A DNA stretch of 64,000 bases from a virus (Duplodnaviria; Caudoviricetes), in IMG/VR virus record IMGVR_UViG_2634166429_000001, positions 29,136-93,135 of that record, one strand, 5' to 3'. A program made the translations under genes and the position numbers. Under the pieces are notes generated by a model. That model saw nothing but the letters and a program-made list of their open reading frames with translations, did no database searches and had not been told where the DNA came from. Below, piece by piece: positions 56,645 through 64,000 of the stretch. Each line of letters begins with the position of its first letter. Position 1 is the first letter of the stretch.

Positions 56645-57160
56645 ATGAGCGCTTCAACGGATCAGCAAGCCGAGACCTTGGCCCGACGCACCGCACTGAT
56701 CGCACTGCGGCGCCAACGGCCCAAAATTTCCTTCAGCTCCGACGAGGTCCTGGCCCTCGGCTACTCCTCCGACAGTGCAGCCCGAAAGGACTTCTACCGC
56801 GCCCTGGAGCAGCGTCGGAAAGACCTGAAGATCGAGGTCACCGCCTTCCGGGAAGAGCAGAACGAGATCATCGACCAACTCCTGGAAACGCACCTCCCAC
56901 CGGCAGTCGACGGTGACATCAAGGCCAGCGAACTCGTCCTCAAGCTCCTCGAGCGGCAGGCCAAGCTCAACGGCTGGGAAGAAGCCCTGAAGGCGGAGCT
57001 GTCCGGGCCGAACGGCGGCCCCGTCCCCATCCGCGGCGCCTCCCTTGCCCAGCTCCGCGAACTGATCCGTACAGCAGGCGACCCCGACGAGGACGACGAG
57101 GAAGAGGACCTGGGCGACGACACCGACGGTGACGCGGATGACGACAGCGACGACGCCTGA
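56645..57160 (+). CDS. Terminase small subunit
   Basis: Position; LKLLERQAKLNG, ELSGPNGGPV. Confidence 0.7.
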   Translation: MSASTDQQAETLARRTALIALRRQRPKISFSSDEVLALGYSSDSAARKDFYRALEQRRKDLKIEVTAFREEQNEIIDQLLETHLPPAVDGDIKASELVLKLLERQAKLNGWEEALKAELSGPNGGPVPIRGASLAQLRELIRTAGDPDEDDEEEDLGDDTDGDADDDSDDA

Positions 57161-58781
57161 CCCCGCCCTCGAAGACGACGTCGCCCAGGAAGCCGCAGCC
57201 TACCTCCAACTCCGCGACGAATACCGGCGCCTGAACCGCGCCCAACGCCGCCGCATCGCCGCCCACGCCACCAGCGAAGTCCGCGCCGTCATCGCCCACA
57301 TCGAACGGGAGATGGCCCTCGAGCGGTCCCCAGGATCGATGTCGGCGATACTCACCGACGGCCGGGAGAAGCAGGCCGCCCACCTGGACCTCATCGACCG
57401 GGTGTTCCGCGACATCGCCCGCGGCCGCCCGCGCAAGGTCCTCATCACCATGCCTCCGAGGCACGGGAAGAGCCGGCGTGCCGCACGCTGGGCGCCGCTC
57501 TGGTACCTGTCCCGGCACCCGGACCACCGGGTGATGATCGCCTCCTACTCGGCCGACCTCGCTGACGACCACGGCCGGTGGATCCGCGACGCCATCAACG
57601 CTTACGGCCCCCAGATCGGCCTCAGCCTGCACGCCGGATCGAAGGCCGCCAACCGCTTCGACCTCGCCGACCCCCAGACCGGAGAGCGCCTCGAAGGGGG
57701 CCTCGTCACCGCTGGTGTCGGTGGCGGACTTACGGGCAAGGGCGCTCACCTCGCCATAGTCGACGACCCGATCAAGGACGATGCCGAAGCGCAGTCGCCC
57801 ACCATGCGGAAGCGGCTGTGGGAGTGGTGGACGTCCGTCCTCAACACGCGCATCGAGCCCGGCGGCTCCATCATCGTCATCCAGACCAGATGGCACGAAG
57901 ACGACCTCGCTGGCCGCATCCTTGCAGGTGAGGACGCCGAAGACTGGACCATCCTCGACCTACCCGCCATCTGCGACAGCGCCGACGACCCCCTCGGGCG
58001 GGAGATCGGGCGCCCCTTGTGGCCGCTTCGGTACGGCCTGAAAGCCCTTGCGAAGATCCGGCGCGCGGTTGGCGAGCGCGTCTGGGGATCCCTCTACCAG
58101 CAAAAGCCCCGCCCGGTCGCCGGCGGTGTCTGGCAGGAAGAGTGGATCGAACGCAACCGCATGTCGACCGCCACCCTGCGCGGCATCGACCTGGACCGCA
58201 TCGTCATCGCCGTCGACCCCGCCGGCGGAGAATCTGCCGTCAATGACGAGGTCGGCATCATCGCCGCAGGCTGCGCCGAAGTCGAATCCGTCTCCGACCG
58301 CCACGACCATCCCGAGCACCGCGACGAGTACTACCTCCTGGACGACAAGTCAGCCTCCCTCGGAGCCGACGAATGGGGCACCACCGCCTGCCTCCTCGCC
58401 GTCGAATGGCAGGCCGACGCCATCGTCGTGGAAGCGAACTTCGGCGGCGACATGACCAAGCAGGTCATCACCCAGGCATGGCAGGAACTGGCCCGCCGCA
58501 GGCTGACCAAGGGCCAGCTCATGCCGCGGATCATCCCCGTCACCGCGAAGCAGGGCAAACGACTGCGCGCCGAACCGATCGCCCAGCTGTACCAGCAGGA
58601 CCGCGTCCACCACGTCGGGAAGTTCCCGAAGCTGGAATCACAGATGGTGTCGTGGATGGTCGGCATGGACTCACCCGACCGCATGGACGCAGCCGTCCAC
58701 GGCATCACCGAACTCGCCGAGCTCGACGGCGGTGAAACCGTCTACGGCGACTACGACCGAGACGACCCCCGCGGCCGCTGA
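57138..58781 (+). CDS. terL: Terminase large subunit
   Basis: MPPRHGKS, IVDDPIKD, QTRWH, LYQQ, AVDPA, DRMDA. Confidence 0.95.
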   Translation: MTTATTPDPALEDDVAQEAAAYLQLRDEYRRLNRAQRRRIAAHATSEVRAVIAHIEREMALERSPGSMSAILTDGREKQAAHLDLIDRVFRDIARGRPRKVLITMPPRHGKSRRAARWAPLWYLSRHPDHRVMIASYSADLADDHGRWIRDAINAYGPQIGLSLHAGSKAANRFDLADPQTGERLEGGLVTAGVGGGLTGKGAHLAIVDDPIKDDAEAQSPTMRKRLWEWWTSVLNTRIEPGGSIIVIQTRWHEDDLAGRILAGEDAEDWTILDLPAICDSADDPLGREIGRPLWPLRYGLKALAKIRRAVGERVWGSLYQQKPRPVAGGVWQEEWIERNRMSTATLRGIDLDRIVIAVDPAGGESAVNDEVGIIAAGCAEVESVSDRHDHPEHRDEYYLLDDKSASLGADEWGTTACLLAVEWQADAIVVEANFGGDMTKQVITQAWQELARRRLTKGQLMPRIIPVTAKQGKRLRAEPIAQLYQQDRVHHVGKFPKLESQMVSWMVGMDSPDRMDAAVHGITELAELDGGETVYGDYDRDDPRGR

Positions 58782-58786
58782 ACCCG

Positions 58787-58840
58787 GCAGGGGCAAGCCC
58801 AGACCGGTCTGCCTCCTATCCTGATCAAAGGCGCGGGGCC
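58787..58840 (+). promoter_or_regulatory. Class B late promoter plus AGGCGCGGGGCC box
   Basis: GCAGGGGCAAG-19-TATCCT; box at 58829. Confidence 0.65.
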
Positions 58841-58867
58841 TGACGACGTTCCAAAGGGGAGCGACTG

Positions 58868-60751
58868 GTGGGCCTGTTCAAACTCATCGTGGACCGGTGG
58901 GGTCCGCTGAACTACAAGCGCGCCTTCGCCGACCCCGTGTACAAGACGCCCGACCGTGAAGCGTTCCCCGGCGCCATGCGCACCTGGGTGCCCACAGAAG
59001 ACCGCCGCCGGCTGGCCTCCTACACCCTGTTCGCCGCCTACTGCCACAACCAGGCCTGGGAAGTCGACGCCCTGCAAAACGGTGCCGAGGCACGCCTGCG
59101 CCGCGAGTTCGGCGACCCGGCCATGCTGGTCGCCTCCCTCACCTCCCACATGCTGGGCCGGGAACAGACCATCACCGTCGACGGCTCCGAAGACGCCGAC
59201 CCCGCCGATGGATCCACCCCCGACCCGGAAGCCGTCCACGCAGCCGCCGTCCAGGACAGGCTGCGCACCTGGGCGCGCCAGGAACTGTTCTCGCTGCGCA
59301 TGCAGCAGAACGAACGCAAGGCCGTCCGCGAGGGCGATGGCGTGTACACCCTCGCCTGGGACGGGCAGAAGATGCGGCCCCGCCTGTCCGTCGTTGACCC
59401 CGGCTTCTACTTCCCCGACCTCCCCGACAACGCTGGCGACTCCGCCGACTACCCCACCCGCGTCCACTTCGCGTGGGAAGTCGAACCCGACCCCAAGATC
59501 AAGGGCGGGAAGACCAAGCTGCGCCGCATCACCTACGAACTCGCCCCCATCGGCACCCGCACCATCTCCGACCCCGGCGAAGACGGCAGCCGGCCCTTCC
59601 GCACCCCGGCCCTCGCCGACGACGGCTCCACCCCCCTTATCACCGCCGGCGACCTCTACCAGCCCGACACCGGGCAGATCGTCCGCCAGTACCCGTGGAA
59701 CGACGCCCCCACTTACCTCACCTGCTATCTCACCGACGCCGAGTGGGACCTGGACGACATCAAAGCCGACCAGGACGTCCACACCCTTGACGAGCGCTAC
59801 GCCACCTACCTGGTCGGCCCCGACGGGGAGGTCCTGGACCACCTTGACCTGTGGCAGGACTACATCCCCGTCGTACACCTGCCCAACACCATCCCCGAAG
59901 ACGGGCACTGGGGAGAATCGTCCCTGGCGATGCTGATGCAGCTGTTCGACGAACTCGCCGGAACCGACCGCGACTCCGCGCTCGCCTCCGCTTCGACCGG
60001 CAACCCGATCCTCGGCATCGTCAACGGCGGCGAGAAGACCTCCTCACGGCGCAGCGAACCGCAGCAACGAAAGATCCGGCCCGGGATGGCCATCGAGCTC
60101 GCCCAGGGCGGCAACATCATCACCGTCGACACCAGCCCCCAGCTCGCCGAACTCCGCAACAAGACCAGCGAACTCCAGGACCGCCTGTCCCTGATCGCCC
60201 GCATGCCGGCCGTCGCCCTGGGCACCCTGGACCCCACCAAAGCACCGTCCGGGTTCTCCATCGAACTGTCCTACGGACCCATGGACCCCCTGATGGACTC
60301 CATGCACCTGGCCCGCGACCACAAGTACGAGCTGCTGTTCAAAATGGTCCAGCGCCTGTACCTGGCCGGGCAGCACCCCGACTGGACCGGTCCCGTCGTC
60401 AACGCCCGCCTCGCCTGGGGCAGCTACAAGCCCACCGACAAGGCCGCCACCCTGACCATGGTCCAGGACGCCGTCGACAAGGGCGTCATGTCGCTGGAGA
60501 CCGGCGTGCGCATGCTGATGGAAGTCGGACTGCCCATCGACGACGTCAGCGAAGAGATCGAACGCATCCAATCCCGCCAATTCGCCAAGGCCCGCGACCT
60601 CGCCGACGCCACCGGAGACACCACCGCCGTCGGCAACTTCCTCGGCCTGGACGTCAACCCCGACCCCGAACCCCCCGCCCCGACACTTCCCCCCACCCCC
60701 ACCGAACCCGCACCACAGGACCCCCAGGGGAGCGGGGGCAACACCCAATGA
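58868..60751 (+). CDS. Portal protein
   Basis: After TerL; GDG, IPVVHLPN...WGES, SG...L, EIERI motifs. Confidence 0.8.
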   Translation: MGLFKLIVDRWGPLNYKRAFADPVYKTPDREAFPGAMRTWVPTEDRRRLASYTLFAAYCHNQAWEVDALQNGAEARLRREFGDPAMLVASLTSHMLGREQTITVDGSEDADPADGSTPDPEAVHAAAVQDRLRTWARQELFSLRMQQNERKAVREGDGVYTLAWDGQKMRPRLSVVDPGFYFPDLPDNAGDSADYPTRVHFAWEVEPDPKIKGGKTKLRRITYELAPIGTRTISDPGEDGSRPFRTPALADDGSTPLITAGDLYQPDTGQIVRQYPWNDAPTYLTCYLTDAEWDLDDIKADQDVHTLDERYATYLVGPDGEVLDHLDLWQDYIPVVHLPNTIPEDGHWGESSLAMLMQLFDELAGTDRDSALASASTGNPILGIVNGGEKTSSRRSEPQQRKIRPGMAIELAQGGNIITVDTSPQLAELRNKTSELQDRLSLIARMPAVALGTLDPTKAPSGFSIELSYGPMDPLMDSMHLARDHKYELLFKMVQRLYLAGQHPDWTGPVVNARLAWGSYKPTDKAATLTMVQDAVDKGVMSLETGVRMLMEVGLPIDDVSEEIERIQSRQFAKARDLADATGDTTAVGNFLGLDVNPDPEPPAPTLPPTPTEPAPQDPQGSGGNTQ

Positions 60752-60785
60752 AATCTGTGCTCTCCTTGATCTCAGGCGCGGGGCC
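60732..60785 (+). promoter_or_regulatory. Class B late promoter plus AGGCGCGGGGCC box
   Basis: GCGGGGGCAAC-18-TCTCCT; box at 60774. Confidence 0.55.
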
Positions 60786-60816
60786 TGGAAAACAGTCCGA
60801 GGGAGGACTAGCACTG

Positions 60817-61632
60817 ATGCGTCGCCCCGCGCACAACAGCTTCGGCCCGACCGCCGCCACCGAATGGACCCACCCCTACACCGGTGCCGCAGCGCTCGCC
60901 GTGTTCTACAACGACGGCGGCAACCAGCCGCCCGCCGCTCCTCCCGCATCGCCGCCCGCCCCGTCGCCCGCCGACCTGGCAGCCCAGGCGAAGAACCCGC
61001 CCGCCACCGAACCCATCCGGGACCCGGAAACCGGCGTCGTCATGACGCAGGAGCGATTCGGGCAGAACATGGCCAAGGAACGCCGCGCCGGCCGCCACGC
61101 CGCCTTCCGCGAGCTCGCCGAGGCCGCCGGCATTCCCGTCGACATCGACAGCTTCGACCCGAAGAAGTTCGGCGAGATGTTCCGGCAGGCCGACGAAGCC
61201 CGTAAGGCCAAGCTGACCGAGGACGAGAAGCGCGCAGAAGCCCTCCGCGAGCAGGAAGCCGCCCTCGCAGCGAAGGCCGCCGACATAGAGGCCCGTGAGC
61301 AGGCAACCCGCGACCGCGAGCACGCCACCCGCGTCCGGTCTGTCCTGGTCGGCCTCGGCGCGTCCGGCGCTGACCTCGAAGACGCCGCCTCCCTGCTTCG
61401 GGTACCGGCCGACGCCAGCGACGAAGACCTGGCCAAGGCAGCCGAGGAACTCAAGGCACGCCGCGCAGAGATGTTCGGCGGAACCCAGTCCGCAGCAGCC
61501 GGCACCCCTCTCCCGGCGCCGTCCGGCATGCCCGCACCCGGCATGCCCCGGCCGGGCGGGAACCAGCCCAAGCCCGGCGAGCGCGGCCTGGCCATGCTCA
61601 AGCGCCGCGGAAAGATCGCAGCCGACGCCTGA
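60817..61632 (+). CDS. Capsid scaffolding protein
   Basis: Pro-rich N-terminus, MTQE, long coiled coil; position. Confidence 0.75.
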   Translation: MRRPAHNSFGPTAATEWTHPYTGAAALAVFYNDGGNQPPAAPPASPPAPSPADLAAQAKNPPATEPIRDPETGVVMTQERFGQNMAKERRAGRHAAFRELAEAAGIPVDIDSFDPKKFGEMFRQADEARKAKLTEDEKRAEALREQEAALAAKAADIEAREQATRDREHATRVRSVLVGLGASGADLEDAASLLRVPADASDEDLAKAAEELKARRAEMFGGTQSAAAGTPLPAPSGMPAPGMPRPGGNQPKPGERGLAMLKRRGKIAADA

Positions 61633-61732
61633 CCCGCACCACCGCACGCCTTGGGACCACGACCTCTCCCACGTGGACGCGCCACCACCGTGACGCCGCC
61701 GAACTGCTGTCACCCCACCTCAGGAGAGGGCC

Positions 61733-62479
61733 GTGAACGACTTCCAGCCCGTGCGCGTCAGCGAGGAAGCCACCGCCGATCGGCCGTGGCTCGCCTCCCT
61801 GGTCGGCACCAACGACTGCAACTCCATCCTTCTGGACCTGACCAAGTTCACCGAGACCGTGCACTGGGAGAAGGGCACCGCCCTCCAGCCCCGCAACGTC
61901 CTCAAGTCCGGAATCCCCCTCGGAAAGATCACCGCGTCCGGCCTGTACGCGCCGTACGCCGGACCGCGCTCCGAGGTCCAGACCGTCACCATCACGGGCA
62001 GCCCCACGGGCGGCACCTACACGCTGACCTTCAGCGGGCAGACCACGTCGGGCATCCCGTACAACGCCACCGCCGCGCAGGTGAAGGCGGCCCTTGAGGC
62101 CCTGTCCAACATCAACGTGGGTGACGTCACCGTCGCCGGCGGCCCGCACCCCGGCACCGCTGTGCTCGTCACGTTCGCCGGCCAGTACATGGGCGACGAC
62201 GTCGCGCAGATGACCGCCTCGGCAGCGTCGCTGACCGGCGGCACCAGCCCGGCCGTCACCGTCACCACCTCCACCGCAGGCGGCGCCGCTTCCGCATCCG
62301 ACGGAACCGAAGTCCTCGCCGGCTTCCTCGCCACCGAGACCATGTTCGCCACCGGGTCCACCAAGACCTCCGGCGCGCTCCTCTGGTACGGCGAGGTCTA
62401 CGCGGCCAAGACGCCGATCCCGTTCGACCCCACCGACATCGGGTCCACCGCCCCCGGCGTCAACATCCACTACCGGTAA
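61733..62479 (+). CDS. Head decoration protein with inserted beta-rich domain
   Basis: LKSGIPLGKITASGLYAPY...LAGFL; EVQTVTITGSPTGGTYTL insert. Confidence 0.75.
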   Translation: MNDFQPVRVSEEATADRPWLASLVGTNDCNSILLDLTKFTETVHWEKGTALQPRNVLKSGIPLGKITASGLYAPYAGPRSEVQTVTITGSPTGGTYTLTFSGQTTSGIPYNATAAQVKAALEALSNINVGDVTVAGGPHPGTAVLVTFAGQYMGDDVAQMTASAASLTGGTSPAVTVTTSTAGGAASASDGTEVLAGFLATETMFATGSTKTSGALLWYGEVYAAKTPIPFDPTDIGSTAPGVNIHYR

Positions 62480-62497
62480 ACAAGGAGACCGATCACC

Positions 62498-63568
62498 ATG
62501 AGCACAACCCTGGACCGGCTCCTCCAGAACGTGACGCCGGAAGACATCAACGCCTACATCAACGGGCTGCCCACCCCGAACAACTACGCCCTCACCCAGA
62601 GCGTGATCCCCGAGCGGAAGATCTTCGGCCCGAAGTTCCGCATCGAGTCGAACAAGCGGCGCGTCAACGCCGCCAAGTTCCGCGCCTTCGACACCCCGCA
62701 CGCACTGGCCAAGCGGCAGGCGGAGCGGGTCGTCAACGAGGGCATGTTGCCCCCGGTCGGCCAGACCCTCGAGATGGGCGAACTCTCCCTCATCCTGTTC
62801 AACGCCCGCCGCGGCGCGGACGACCAGGAGTTCATCGACCAGCTCTACGACGACCTCGAGCGACACTTCACCTCCATCAAGATCGCCATGGAGATCGCGG
62901 CCGGAGAACTCCTGTCCACCGGCGTCGTCAACCTCCCCGGCATCGGAGACAGCGGCGACTACCTCGAGGTCGACTGGCAGGTCCCCACCGAGAACCGTCC
63001 CGTCGCCTCCGTGAAGTGGGACCAGGAAGGCGCCACCCCGCTCACCGACGAGATGGCGTGGCTGCGCTACCTCAAGAGCGTCGGCGCACCCAAGCCGGCC
63101 CGCGTCATCACCTCCGAGCGCGCCGCCTCCGTCCTGGCCTCCAACCAGGAGTACCGCACCGCGTTCTGGAACTCCTCCAGCCCGGAGACCACCCCCTCCA
63201 CCACCCTCAGCCCGCCGGACGTCAACTCCGTCCGCGCCCGCTGGAACCTGCCGCCCATCGAGATCTACGACGAGCAGGTGTGGAGCGACGACGTCTACCG
63301 GCGCGTCACCCCCGAGGGCCTGTGGGCCATGGTCCCGCCCAACCCGGAGCAGTGGGCCCAGACCCAGTACGGCGTCACCGCCGAACAGGACAACCTGGAC
63401 TCCTCCAGCAACCCGGGCCTCGAGGCCGCACGGGAGCCGGGCATCTACGTCTCCTACGACAAGAAGTCCAACCCCGTCCAGTTCTCCACCACGGCCAACG
63501 CCATCGCGATGCCGGTGCTGTACGTGCCGAACTTCCACATCGCGGCCACCGTGCTGGACGAGGACTGA
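62498..63568 (+). CDS. Major capsid protein (lambda gpE-like)
   Basis: Size and position; AKFRAFD, LPPVGQ, C-terminal AMPVL. Confidence 0.85.
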   Translation: MSTTLDRLLQNVTPEDINAYINGLPTPNNYALTQSVIPERKIFGPKFRIESNKRRVNAAKFRAFDTPHALAKRQAERVVNEGMLPPVGQTLEMGELSLILFNARRGADDQEFIDQLYDDLERHFTSIKIAMEIAAGELLSTGVVNLPGIGDSGDYLEVDWQVPTENRPVASVKWDQEGATPLTDEMAWLRYLKSVGAPKPARVITSERAASVLASNQEYRTAFWNSSSPETTPSTTLSPPDVNSVRARWNLPPIEIYDEQVWSDDVYRRVTPEGLWAMVPPNPEQWAQTQYGVTAEQDNLDSSSNPGLEAAREPGIYVSYDKKSNPVQFSTTANAIAMPVLYVPNFHIAATVLDED

Positions 63569-63573
63569 TCGCC

Positions 63574-63879
63574 ATGGCCCGACTCGCACGGACGGTCTTC
63601 GTCCGAGACCCCAAGAAACACCGGGACATCATCCTGCGCGAGGGAGAGGAACCAGCGCCCGAATACGCGGCCCTGGTCCCCGACCCCTCGTGCTGGGTGG
63701 ACGGCGAACTCCCCGACACCGTCAAGGCAGACCAGGACAACGCCGGGAGCGCATCCGCCGCTGACGACGGCGACAAGGCCGCCTCCGCGGCCAAGAAGAC
63801 CGCCGCACGCAAGACCAGTGCGGCCGCCAAGCCGGCCGGGGGCCGGGACGCCGCTGCGGAGGGCACCAGCGGCGACTAG
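63574..63879 (+). CDS. Virion-associated hypothetical protein
   Basis: After MCP; Ala/Lys-rich tail. Confidence 0.65.
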   Translation: MARLARTVFVRDPKKHRDIILREGEEPAPEYAALVPDPSCWVDGELPDTVKADQDNAGSASAADDGDKAASAAKKTAARKTSAAAKPAGGRDAAAEGTSGD

Positions 63880-63964
63880 CGGCGTGCGGGCCCGCCCCTG
63901 TGGTGGGGGCGCCAACCGGCGGGCCCGCACCCGCACCCCCCTTCCCCCGCCCCAGGAGGGCCCC

Positions 63965-64000
63965 GTGGACACAGCTACCCGCGCCTGGCTCATCCCCCAA
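63965..64000 (+). CDS. 5' fragment of the next structural gene
   Basis: RBS AGGAGG, GTG, open to the window end. Confidence 0.5.
   Translation, partial: MDTATRAWLIPQ

Noticed and set aside
1-64000. CRISPR array, tRNA, rRNA, integrase or IS element
   Set aside because: No regularly spaced repeats with unique spacers, cloverleaf, or recombinase/transposase motifs recognised by eye.

Overview
Very GC-rich, Streptomyces-type plasmid-phage or prophage segment. The host is inferred from WhiB paralogues, a GntR/Spd/TraB transfer module and codon usage. There are three transcriptional arms. (1) Rightward early arm, about 0.6-28.1 kb: tandem-RHH regulator, Rad52/Sak annealase, C5 methyltransferase, WhiB proteins, HTH replication initiator with a DciA homologue, ParAB with palindromic parS candidates, PAPS-reductase-like protein, RusA, HNH, SSB and DUF1643. 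(2) Mostly leftward arm, about 28.2-45.6 kb: secreted metallopeptidase, HAD and HIT hydrolases, a secreted peptide facing a TrmB/LuxR regulator, DEDDh exonuclease, N6/N4 methyltransferase, a second initiator with internal iterons and a GntR repressor. (3) Rightward arm, about 45.9-64 kb: Streptomyces conjugation genes (SpdB-like, TraB) followed by terminase, portal, scaffold, decoration and major capsid genes. Most notable: a candidate peptide-communication module (secreted peptide ending LDTWWG, a divergent TTA-containing TrmB-LuxR receptor and a secreted protease); a five-copy palindromic operator/promoter regulon; a ten-copy GGGGCAA promoter class; an array of UUGGCG-loop hairpins before rep1; and a duplicated structured RNA behind PafBC-like promoters. 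All family calls come from motif recognition by eye, with no database searches. Start codons were chosen by RBS and overlap.
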